A DNA stretch of 61,790 nt, the filler included, from Basidiobolus ranarum (lineage: Eukaryota), in assembly GCA_040143965.1 (NCBI GenBank). It is 2 parts of 2 records of this genome, joined end to end, with 100 filler letters (N's around TTAATTAATTAA, not from the genome) between each part and the next. Parts side by side here need not be neighbours in the genome. Positions count along the whole stretch, not along the records: positions 1 to 30,918 come from JASJQH010006971.1; 1 more part is not named here. One strand, 5' to 3'. The position numbers and the translations under genes were made by a program. Below the pieces are notes generated by a model. It was not told the DNA's origin and ran no database searches. It saw only the letters and a program-made list of their open reading frames with translations. This document shows, piece after piece, positions 1-10,551 of this stretch. How positions within the stretch are numbered: the stretch's first letter is position 1; each line of letters starts with the position of its first letter.

Positions 1-121
1 CATGGAAGGTTGGATGAATTCAGCTGGACATCGACGAAACATTCTCAATTCTCAATTCACCTCTTTTGGATCTGGTTATGTTGCCAATAGACACTACTGG
101 ACTCAAGTCTTCGGTGCCTAA
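1..121 (+). CDS. 3' end of CAP/SCP (YkwD-like, bacterial-type) domain protein, partial
   Basis: Hand translation from nt 2: MEGWMNSAGHRRNILNSQFTSFGSGYVANRHYWTQVFGA*. Matches the CAP motifs WMNSxGHRxNIL and YWTQxF. AATAAA at ~174. Not in ORF track. Confidence 0.9.
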   Translation, partial: MEGWMNSAGHRRNILNSQFTSFGSGYVANRHYWTQVFGA

Positions 122-859
122 TCTTTCATTTCAGTTTTGTTGTATTTACCCATTGTGCGATGAGCATGTTACAAATAAAAAGCTATTGTTATGCCTGATA
201 CAGTGTTCAGTTGAAAGACTAATATAAGGTTAACAGTATTTGAATGTAATAAGTGATTTTTTACTAAATTTTGCATTCAAATGTTCCTTGTACACTAGCA
301 AATATTAAGTATCTCATGACAAATGAATTTTCAGCAGATTTGGTTTATACAGTGCTCAACTGTCATTTGTCAGAATGTTCATTATAAATACGAATTCAGT
401 AGCTCCTACCTACTATAAGATATATAATTCATTCCTCCGATCAATGCTTTACTCATTAGGTACATGATACATGAGTATTTCTAGCTACATTTGATACTTT
501 ACATCCCTGAAAGTATACCATCTACATGGTGTTTGATTCCTTAATATGGTGATTTGGATTCAAGAGTCAACCTTTGGAAAATACGCACATACCCATTTGT
601 TGTAGTGAGAGTAGTAAGTGCTTATGAGGAGGATTACATCTCCAAATACTGCATCTCTCAAACTCTCTGTTATTCCTCCCGACTCTTTGAAGCCTTTACC
701 AAACTCCTATACTCTACACTTTGTCAAAGATATGTTATGTATTGCAATTGTTATCATTCAAATGGAAAAGGTAAATTTCATACGTTGTAATTTCGAACTT
801 TATTGCTATTTCTGAATAGATTTGAATACATAAATGGTGCAGTACTGTAAAATAGCTTC

Positions 860-1642
860 TCAGTATCTGCGACCAAAGCGGCGTCTACGACCACGATACC
901 TGCGACCACAGCCTCTGCAATCTGAACTACTCGAGTCCGAATCTGAGTCTTCCGGTTCTTGCTCATCTGAAGTTTGGGGAGGCTCAGAGTCCTGTACAGG
1001 CTGAGATGGTTGATATAGTGTTTGATCAATCCGTTGCATTTGGTCAAACTGATTGGAATCTGACAAAGCGTGTCCAGTCTGTGCCGAATTATGTTGAACT
1101 CGATCAACTAAGGCTTGCTGAGGTAAAGATTTGCCTAGACCATTCCCAAAATGTTGGACTGATGCTCTACTTCCTGACTCTAAATTCCTCAGAGACTGTA
1201 TTGGGTAGTTTGCTTCATCACCTTGAGTTTCTTGTGGAGTGTTAGTCAATCCAGCAAAGATGTTGGCCCCAGCATTTGACTTGAAAACTCTGAGTCCACC
1301 TTGGTTAGACTTCTCTATGGTGCTTTCAGCTCCAAAGTTGGGTCCAAACTGATATCCAATGCTTGGTTTTCCTTGGTTATTGACGCTGGCATGATTTAGA
1401 TTGGCATACTTTCTGGCGACTGTACCAAATAATTGATTGAGGAGCGGGAACTGTTTAGACTGACTGTCGGATATGGATGGCTGCTGCGTAGATAAAAATT
1501 GATCTTCAATGCCTCCCATCAACTGATTAGATCGCGGTGTTACTATGTTGCTATAACTGGAAGAAGACGCACTCAAAGGAACTCCAACAGATACTCGGAC
1601 CATGAAAGCGGAGATAAAGAGTAAATTGAGATTGGGATGCAT
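860..1642 (-). CDS. Secreted protein of unknown function (paralogue A), 260 aa, acidic/Ser stretch then Arg-rich C-terminus
   Basis: Intronless ORF with hydrophobic N-terminus. Shares ALVDR..ALSDSNQFDQ..DQTLYQ with 5900..6985. Ends CRGCGRRYRGRRRRFGRRY. Confidence 0.85.
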   Translation of the reverse strand: MHPNLNLLFISAFMVRVSVGVPLSASSSSYSNIVTPRSNQLMGGIEDQFLSTQQPSISDSQSKQFPLLNQLFGTVARKYANLNHASVNNQGKPSIGYQFGPNFGAESTIEKSNQGGLRVFKSNAGANIFAGLTNTPQETQGDEANYPIQSLRNLESGSRASVQHFGNGLGKSLPQQALVDRVQHNSAQTGHALSDSNQFDQMQRIDQTLYQPSQPVQDSEPPQTSDEQEPEDSDSDSSSSDCRGCGRRYRGRRRRFGRRY

Positions 1643-2690
1643 GCTGACGTACTATTTTGACTTGTCGATGACACTCAAATATGTATATATACCTATAATA
1701 TATGATATAATAGAGTTTCTTTCAATAAATCTTTGTTTACATGTATCAAACTTGGAGCACTGCAACACTGATACAAGAACGAGAGTCTAAATTAAGTCGC
1801 CATTATCAAAATACTCATCAGCACTGGTAATATTCAAGTGATCTCTGACCGCTATAAAGAGAGTTAAAACCGAATAATCGGAATCGACGACGTTTTTAAA
1901 TTCATAGCAATAACAAAGTAAGCTTAACTTATCTCAGTTGCATGAAACAGATCTATCAAATCCTCAGTCTTCTACCGAATTTTGCGTTTACTGAGTTACC
2001 AATTCGGATTTTATCAAGTAAACTCATCTCATTTGATTGACATCTACAAATTATGCCATTGAAAACCTGATTAAAAGTAGCGAACGATCTATAGCATTTG
2101 CTCAAAAGCAAAAGTATTGGTTTGAAACCTGTCCAAGATTATCAAGCAACTGATAAACATGGCGCTTTGGATGCCAAAGCGAAATCGTGGATTCTAATCA
2201 TATCTAAGCAATAAAGCTCCCCAAATGAAGATCTAGGAGAAAGGTTTGTATACGGTCGAAGTTGCTAATCTTTTGGAACAAGCAGGAAGCAAACGTAAAA
2301 CCAGAGTCAATGGTTGATACTTAGGAAGATATTAGCTACAAGTGTATGTATTTATTGTTACTGTAGTTTGGAATAACCATATACTAATGGAGCTTCTTTA
2401 TCTGCTACTCGCTGTTTACAAAGTATATTTCCCTAAGAGATTTAATCTGATATGGCTCGTTATGTAACTCTTGTAAATTTCTTCTGAAGTTACATTCAAA
2501 TAAAGTTTTGTGGATTTTAGTCAACTGTTGTATGCATAAATAGTATCAGAGGCCAACAACTACTGGCAGGAGTCATAAATATAGCGATATGCGTTGACTT
2601 GTAAACATAGCTAATCATAAAATGAATTAACCCAAATGACGGCAAACTAATAGCTTGAAGAATAAGCATTAGCCAGTCACAAGCATACTT

Positions 2691-2770
2691 AGTAATAGTA
2701 GTAGCAGCCAGTTATAGTCACATTCAGTAATAGTAGTAGCAGCCGGCTATAGTCTTATTTAGTAATAGTA
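2691..2770. repeat. 35-bp tandem repeat, ~2.3 copies
   Basis: AGTAATAGTA(GTAGCAGCC..TATAGTC) starts at 2691, 2726 and 2761. Confidence 0.85.
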
Positions 2771-3188
2771 TGGCTGTGACAGGATAGAGGAATATTTTGT
2801 TTACCAGTTAACGTGGAATTGAATAAAGTAAGGTTTCACATTCAGAAACTACTGATTACTTAGCTAATCGGAGTTATTGGGTAATTGCACTTGCTATATT
2901 GGGTATATATGGCCTGATGGAACAAGCACTTATAAATATCCTGAACTTGCGCCATCTGATCGACCAAGTCGATATCTATTCGTTGGTAACTTCGTAAACC
3001 AATGATGCGTGGGCTAATTAACTCTGAAGGAAACTTGACACCTAGGAAATAGATCACCTTACATTCGTGGCCGGCTCTCTATTCGAAAATAGCCGAAGTT
3101 GAAGAATCCACTGACAAAAATAGCCAGATTATTCCTTGTAGAATGTCTATAAAATTGTCTACCATGAACAAACAGGCCACTCAACAAG

Positions 3189-4070
3189 ATGATTTTCAAA
3201 TATCCAATACTAGCACTGTCGTTTGGCATTTCAGTTTGTGGGCAATCCACTGTAACTGTAGAGTACCCCTTCCAAACGTTGACTAGGAATGTTGCTCCAG
3301 AGCTTATCACCGCAACTATTCAGGCCCATACACAGAGGGATACGGTTCCAGGATTTATCGCTACTGATATCATACCTGATACAACATATACCGATTTGGC
3401 AGGCCTCCAAAGTGTCACCAGAGTGATTTCTGGGTCTACTGTGACTAGAATCAATCCAGAAGGAGTCATTGTACAGTCTATACCAGAGGTGACAATTACT
3501 AGATCACTGGAATTTTTAACGGCAACGGATACCGTCTTTAAAACATATGCTACCTACACACCGACGAGTGGAGAGATCCTGGACTACTACACTATTACCG
3601 GGCCTACTTTCGGAAACTCTTACATCTACTCAATCATTGCAAGTTATGATCGTCGGCGGGTAATCCAAACAATCTCTGGGCCTACGTTAACCTATGTAGT
3701 TGGTGATCGTGATCCCGTCATCGCCACTGTGGATGGCGCTTTATCTACTCTCTACAACAATCCAATTACCATCTTGGAGACGCTCGGTCCTACTCGTGTT
3801 ACTCGTAACGTTGAACCAGGCATGTCTACTATTGTTGGGGTGACTTCTTTGTCATATACACCTACGAGTTTTGTGTCAGTGAGTGTATCTACAGCTACAG
3901 TTACCGTCACTTCCAATGCCATTAGCTGGTTAACCTCAAACTACGCTCCCACTTCCACTACCTCCATGTCCAAAAGTATCTTACCCACCAGTTATTGCTC
4001 AACTCCCAAGCCTACAAAATGCATATATAAACCCAGAAAGTGTGCACCTAAAACTTCTACAAACAATTAG
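3189..4070 (+). CDS. Secreted Thr/Val/Ile-rich protein, 293 aa, Cys/Lys-rich tail
   Basis: Signal-like N-terminus (ILALSFGISVCG). Recurrent (I/L)xG(P/S)T motifs. C-terminal YCSTPKPTKCIYKPRKC. AATAAA just after the stop. Confidence 0.8.
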   Translation: MIFKYPILALSFGISVCGQSTVTVEYPFQTLTRNVAPELITATIQAHTQRDTVPGFIATDIIPDTTYTDLAGLQSVTRVISGSTVTRINPEGVIVQSIPEVTITRSLEFLTATDTVFKTYATYTPTSGEILDYYTITGPTFGNSYIYSIIASYDRRRVIQTISGPTLTYVVGDRDPVIATVDGALSTLYNNPITILETLGPTRVTRNVEPGMSTIVGVTSLSYTPTSFVSVSVSTATVTVTSNAISWLTSNYAPTSTTSMSKSILPTSYCSTPKPTKCIYKPRKCAPKTSTNN

Positions 4071-5899
4071 AATAATAAATATATATTATAACGTTAACTC
4101 AGTAGATCATTCATTAGCAACACTATGACCAGTAGGATCTATTAATGTGGTTTACTAGAAAGTCAATGGAATTAACTGGGAAGGTTGCCTCCAAGTTACA
4201 TCCAACTCTATGATCCCCGGAATAATCGAATTCTTATATTGACGATCTTCTTATGGAACTTCAATACAGTGGATGAGAATCCTGCTTTGGTATCCTATAG
4301 TGAATATGAGTATCCCTAAAATAGCCCAAACTTAGTGATAATTTCCTAGAAGAAATTCAGGTATCGAATCTCACCCATTATCTGGAACTGTTAGACGTAA
4401 CGATCTAACACCAATCTTCTTCCTAAGGGTCTCCGTCTCGAGTACAACAACTAAAGTTACAAACTAACCGGACGATAGTTTCGAATAGCGATTAGTTCAA
4501 TAGGAGTAGAATGGCACTGTAGAAGTGCATTGGCAATGAACTCCAAAATACTGAAAAATTCAAAAAAAGATCTACCAGGAGAGAGTAAAAAGTGAGTACA
4601 GTGATTAGTGGGCAGTGACTTTCCTCAGCATTTTTCTCTTCATTTTCTAGAACTCGTTATCTTCGTCTGATAGGAAGAGAGGCGGCTGAGTAGTTTATGT
4701 ATTGAAGGAAGCTTTGCAGTAAAATTTTCAAACTGTGAATGTTTTGAGTTAACAAAGTTGGGAAGAAATACAATTTGTATGAATAAAAAAAGAAGTTTTC
4801 ACTAGATATCACAAGTAGGAATGTAATATAAATACTCAGTAAGCATAAGCATTCAGGATTCATGGAGAGGAATACAACTATGCCATAATAATGAAACCTT
4901 GCCATATATAAATAGCCAGCATAACTGAAATATTCACCAGTTTAGGTAAAATTCATCATTCACTATTGTGAGGTAAACGTGGCTCTTACTGATGAGGAAT
5001 AAAGTAGTTCTGTATATATCAATCCAGTATAGACTAATACGAGATCGATGTCAAAACTACATTATATATTCTTATCATATATTAACTCTTGACAATTACA
5101 GCAGAAGCATCCTTTTTCTCTATGATTTCTATAATCAAGGCCTTAGGCGAAGTCGATTGAGGTAGCAATTGACGAAGTAACAAACGGGTGAGAATAAAAT
5201 GGAAACATTGAAGAGAGTTTAGCACATTTCCACATTCAACAGTCGGGTGGTGAGTAGTTGAATTGGTACCAAGGTTGTTTCAATCAGGTGCTCACTAGAG
5301 AGGCAACTTCCTTATCCAACTCCAGACCTATCAGGATGTAGGTATTTGCTCATTAACTATAATATACCTCAAGGCGTACTCAGCAGGCAAACAGCAAAAA
5401 GGTCACCACTATCTCAAGTCAAGTCATATACTTTAGTGATAGAAGACGTTAAATTAAAACCACATTGTCATCCCTTCTCACGCGGAACCTGCTCTACCCA
5501 TTGCTTAGTCTCGATTTGATTACGTGGGAGTTGAATTTCCATATACTTGATGTATATAGATATAGCCAGAAATGAGGCCAAAATTAACCCATTTTTTCTT
5601 CCCAAAAACTACATCTTTACTGAGGTTATACCTTTTTGTTTCAGTATATAAAGAGTAATATTAGGAGCATGATATGTTGATAATTTTCTAAATTTAATGG
5701 AACGACTGAAAAATCAATTATTCATAACAAATGATGCGAGGTGGTGTATGAAGTTTAAAGTGTACTAAATGAAATAAAGTTTACAATATTCTCAACTTGT
5801 GCACTAGCGATTCTTTAAATAGGGCCAACCACATACGTTTGTAAAGTATCTTCTTGAGTACAGCCAACCATCAAGTAAACACTAAGTCAATCCATCAAA

Positions 5900-6985
5900 A
5901 TGCTTGCCGCAAGAAACCTCCTCGCTACTATTGCTGTCTTGGTGTACACTGTTTCGGCCGTTCCTGTTGACTACTTCAGCTATGGAGATCAGCCTTGTAC
6001 CTTACAGTTTGGTCTATGTGCACATCGTATGCAACCACAACTCATGAAAGTGAAGAAGCACACTCGATTCCCAATGATGAAGCAATCATTTGGCTTTGCC
6101 ACCAGAAAGCATCACAGCCTGAACACCGCCATGGCTTCCAGTAAAAGAGGTATGAATATCAAGTACCAAGCTGGTCCCCATGCCGAAGTTGAAAGTGAGC
6201 ATACCTCGTCAGCGTATGGAAAATATATGGGTATGAAAGAGCCAGCTATGGGTGAAGAGTATCAAAGTGCCATGATGATGCCAATGCAAGGCGAGTATTC
6301 AGCTTCATCGATGAAACCAAAGGCTCATCACTCCTCGGAAATGTACAAAGAGTCCATGGAGATGCCAATGGCTGAGACCTCTTATACGCACCCAAAGAAA
6401 CATCATACTTGGGAGAAGCCAAAGAAACATCATACCTGGGAGAAGCCAAAGAAGCATCATACCTCGGAGAAGCCAAAGAAACATCATACCTGGGAGAAGC
6501 CAAAGAAGCATCATACCTCGGAGAAGCCAAAGAAACATCATCATAGAGAGTCCATGGAGATGCCAACGATGGAGAAAACCATGGAGATGCCAACGATGGA
6601 GAAAACCATGGAGATGCCAATGATGGAGAAAACTACGGAAATGCCAATGATGGAGAAAACTATGGAACAACCCATGGTTCAAGAGGAATATTCTCGTGTA
6701 CCAGGATCATTTTCGGTAAACCTTGAAAATCTCAAGCCCAGTGAAGCGTTGTTGGATCGAGCCAGCGCTCACTCTTCCCAAAAAAGTCGAGCCCTTTCTG
6801 ATTCTAATCAGTTCGATCAAACTCAGGTACTCGACCAAACAATGTACCAGATTCCTCAGCAGCAAGCACCTCAGGTTATCATTCCGTACATGGCTATGCA
6901 CCGCCCCGCGAGACCATTCAAGAAGTATCGCAAATATGGTCATCGTTCTTACAAGATCAGATACTTTTCAGGTAAACACTATTAA
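5900..6985 (+). CDS. Secreted Met/His/Lys-rich repeat protein (paralogue B), 361 aa
   Basis: Signal peptide MLAARNLLATIAVLVYTVSA-VP, internal 9-aa arrays, motif shared with 860..1642, basic/aromatic C-terminus. Confidence 0.9.
   Translation: MLAARNLLATIAVLVYTVSAVPVDYFSYGDQPCTLQFGLCAHRMQPQLMKVKKHTRFPMMKQSFGFATRKHHSLNTAMASSKRGMNIKYQAGPHAEVESEHTSSAYGKYMGMKEPAMGEEYQSAMMMPMQGEYSASSMKPKAHHSSEMYKESMEMPMAETSYTHPKKHHTWEKPKKHHTWEKPKKHHTSEKPKKHHTWEKPKKHHTSEKPKKHHHRESMEMPTMEKTMEMPTMEKTMEMPMMEKTTEMPMMEKTMEQPMVQEEYSRVPGSFSVNLENLKPSEALLDRASAHSSQKSRALSDSNQFDQTQVLDQTMYQIPQQQAPQVIIPYMAMHRPARPFKKYRKYGHRSYKIRYFSGKHY
6392..6676 (+). repeat. Two adjacent coding 27-bp tandem arrays: (PKKHHT[W/S]EK)x5+PKKHHH and (MEMP[T/M]MEKT-like)x4
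   Basis: Unit ccaaagaa(a/g)catcatac(t/c)t(g/c)ggagaag from 6392; unit atggagatgccaa(c/t)gatggagaaaacc from 6554. Confidence 0.95.
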
Positions 6986-8012
6986 TCCCTGATAAACCTG
7001 CCACTTCGATCAGCCGCTTCACCTTCGAGGTGATCACCGATTTCTATCTCTATCAATGATATCAATAGTTTACAATAAATCTGTTTGATTTGCAGTAGCA
7101 CTTGGGTTAGCTCCTTTTCTTAAATAACTGCTTTCATTTCGAATATCCAGATTTCTTAGAATGTCAAGTATCCGCTTTCATTGCAAGTAACAGCTTTGTT
7201 CGCAGTTCATACACAGCCTTAATTCCACTCTGTATATATCATATATTAGCCAGCACAGGCCAGTTTAATGAACATGAGACGATCAGATCAATATTTACAA
7301 TGTTTACTGAATTATTTTTCGCAAACAAGAGATTCGAAACAGGGCATGTTTCTCCATTGACAGGACTGGCTCCTGGGTGTGGGTTTGGTTACCCGCCCCT
7401 CTATTCCCATCTGTAGTCGTGCTTCTCTCCTAACAATTGACTATTCTTATTGGTGCTTCTTCAGTAACTCCTACAGCATTAATATCCTTCTCAAATGGAA
7501 CATTGTCCAAGAAATTACGCTATTTGACACTAGTATTGTTAACATCATTGTTTCTAATCACAATTTTGATATGTGGACTGCAGTCACGTGAGGCTGGAAT
7601 GCGGTGGTTATCAGACTGTAATATAGCTTTCCTTACTCTCGCTTTAATCCTCACTGATTAGATCCACTCCTGCTGCTGAAGACATTTTCCGCCAATAGCG
7701 CTCTCAAGTGGAACGTAAGTAAATCAAATAACATATCAGTATATCCAGCTCCTGATCCAACAGATCTTCATACCAAGTTTCATCGATATCCTGAAATACA
7801 CAACTACTGGTGAGTTCTCTGCGATTACGTTTTATCACTGCTTGTTACAGATATGCGATACTCCCTAAAACAATGATACGTAGTGTGAAACCTGCACAAC
7901 TACCTAGAGTAAGCCTATAAATGGGGCTACTCGATTTCTTAGATTCCTTACCTCTCTGCAGTTCCACTCCCTACCTTCCTCTCCTTTCCCAACTCACTAT
8001 CTTGGCTTCAAC

Positions 8013-8411
8013 ATGAAATCTTTCGCTGCTATCGTTCTCGGAGCTATTGCTTTCAGTCAAGTTGCTCTTGCTCTTCCCCAAGAACAAGTAGTAGTTGAAG
8101 CCGGACCTATGGAAAACAGTGATGCTTCCTTCCGCTCTTTCGCCAAGGGAATCCTTGATTATCTCAAAGAGAACATCTCTGCTAGTGGCGCAGGATCAGT
8201 TGGAGGAGTTGGCCAAGGTGGATACAAGAGTAAATTCGTCCCAGGATTAGGTGGTGGTATCAAGGGTAACTTTGGTGCTTCCGGGGAGGCAGGATTAGAC
8301 CGTGGTAAAGTTAGCGGAGATGGTGATGTCGGTGGTAGTGGCTCCGGCGGTATTGGAGTTGGTAAAGGATACGGTTTAGAGAAGACTGCTGAACCTGGTT
8401 ATGCCGCATAA
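8013..8411 (+). CDS. Small secreted glycine-rich protein, 132 aa
   Basis: Signal peptide MKSFAAIVLGAIAFSQVALA-LP. TATAAA at ~7916 and CT-rich leader. Gly-rich C-terminal half. Confidence 0.9.
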   Translation: MKSFAAIVLGAIAFSQVALALPQEQVVVEAGPMENSDASFRSFAKGILDYLKENISASGAGSVGGVGQGGYKSKFVPGLGGGIKGNFGASGEAGLDRGKVSGDGDVGGSGSGGIGVGKGYGLEKTAEPGYAA

Positions 8412-9136
8412 CTTCAGTACATCAATCAAACCGTTCCCGAATTTTATAGACAATCACATAAAATTCTATAATAAACTCCAACGTAAACACTAAACATTGT
8501 TCTTATAAATATCGTTTACTATGGTAACTACTATGTACCAACATAGAGTGAGTATTCAATATCTGATAGTTTACAAATGCTTTCAATATATTTGTATATT
8601 TAGCTTACTTGTTATCTTTAACTGTGAGGAGCATACATTGTGGGTTAAACCAACCTTTATTAAGTCATGTGACAGTATGATGGTTAGAGCGATAATGAAA
8701 TGGGTGGAGTAAGGGGCAACTAAATACAATTTGATGAATCATAGAAATCTAACTACAATGGGAGGTCAATTACTATCCTAGAGTGGAAGCAACTGTTCCA
8801 CTAAGATGGTTAACTTTAATAGATATCTTTAACCGGATCTGACAATCTAGTTCGCAAAAAGTGATAATAGGATTAGCAATTTAATCATGTTATTAAATCT
8901 TAATTCCAACTAAATAGCATGATTAAGAAATTGTTTAGGGTCAGTTGGACGAGAATTATGTTATTGAAACTGCATAATAAGGGCTGTTAAACCAATAATT
9001 GAAGCAAGTAGAATTCATCTAGTAAACAATCAATGGATTGAAATCTTTAATAATTATTTGATAGTGAGTACTATTACTTGTAAGAATTTAGAGAAGCCTG
9101 GAAATATTGGCGCTGCATATCTTGTGATTATATATC

Positions 9137-9832
9137 TCATTGCGTAATATTTGGTCGTTCTAATTTCCTGATAATTCTGGCTGGGTTGCCGGCCACAACA
9201 ACATAAGGAGGCACATCTTTAGTAACAACGCTCCCGGCACCAATGGTGACTCCATCCCCTATAGAGACTCCAGGGCATATAATGGCACCACCACCAATCC
9301 AAACGCGACTTCCAATCTAGCAACATCTATATTAGACAAAGTAAGACAGAATAGGTAAGTATGTAGTCCATTACCTTTACTGGATGAGCAAGGTCAGCTC
9401 TACTTGCTCTTAATTCAGGGTCTAAAGGATGTGATGCAGTATAAATCTGAACGTTAGGGCCAATTAGTATATCGTCACCTATTTCTACTCGGTTACAATC
9501 CAAAATGACACAGTTAAAGTTCATGAATACTTTTTTTCCAACCTTAATATTACAACCCTACATACATATCGTTAATAGAGTTTCAATAATGAAGGAATCC
9601 GATAAAAGAAACCAACATAGTCACAATAAAAAGGTGGTTCGATACCAATTCCTTCCCCACAAGAGTCAAAGAGCTTCTCAAGTATCAACGTACGGTTTTC
9701 AGAGTCTTGTGGCTTGGTTGCATTGTACTCACTTAAAAGGTTACGTGCTTCTAAGCGAATACGAGCTAGTTCAGAATCGGCGGCACAAAAGTATTCCTCA
9801 GCCAGCGCCTTTTCTCTTTCGGACTTGACCAT
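9137..9832 (-). CDS. Maltose/galactoside O-acetyltransferase family (hexapeptide repeat), 3 exons
   Basis: Exons 9832-9617, 9557-9375 and 9316-9137 with GT-AG introns give [81 protein letters not shown]. Confidence 0.93.
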
Positions 9833-10551
9833 TATTGAAATGAAGCAAGTAACTTTGAAATATATGTGGTATGAAAATTAACGGTTATGACATAGACATC
9901 TAGCTATATATATACCATAAGGAATTGTTAGTATTGTAGCACCAATGTCACTAAATAACGTTCAATGCCCTTTCACAATAATACCTCAAAGCAGAATAAA
10001 CTCGTGACTTTGAATCTGTAGTACACCTCAGATTAGTGTATTGAAAAGTGTATTGGTGTTCTTCGTGTCTAAATATAACTAGTACCCGTGTAGCTTTGAT
10101 GATCGAAACTGATGAACAAAGGCTATTTATATACTACATGTGTAACATAGCATTAAGTCATGTTTTCTAACCGATAAATCAAATCGGGTTCATTCAAATG
10201 TATATGGTCTAGAGTATTAATTTGGGGAGTTGTAGAAATATCGAAATCTGCAATCTTCACCGACAGACAGATCAATATTAGCGACATTGAAAAGCAACGA
10301 GAGCAACGAGCATGAGTTATTTGTTCCATCTTGCCACATAAATTGCAAGCATGGTTTTCGCATATTCTCGATCGATAAAGATACCAAAGTTGTTGTCATA
10401 AAGAGAAATTGAAGATACGCTTTATAACTTGAATGATCAGATTGTAAGAGTATCAGAACTTGCTTTATTTTACGAATTAATGTTTATGAGTACTGAAAAG
10501 AAATATTACAAAGGTTGTTTTCTTTCAAGGATAAGTGACCGAATGAGTTGC

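Noticed and set aside
2691-2770. 35-bp repeat as a CRISPR or regulatory array
   Set aside because: Simple head-to-tail duplication with ~2 copies and no spacers.
6392-6676. 27-bp repeats as a CRISPR array
   Set aside because: No unique spacers, in-frame coding repeats, eukaryotic context, no cas genes.
6246-6682. Antisense ORFs with ASPRYD/LHHWHL repeats
   Set aside because: Shadow frames of the coding repeat on the + strand.
7330-7700. Coding-like minus-strand stretch interrupted by stops (possible pseudogene)
   Set aside because: No identifiable homology; cannot be supported without a search.
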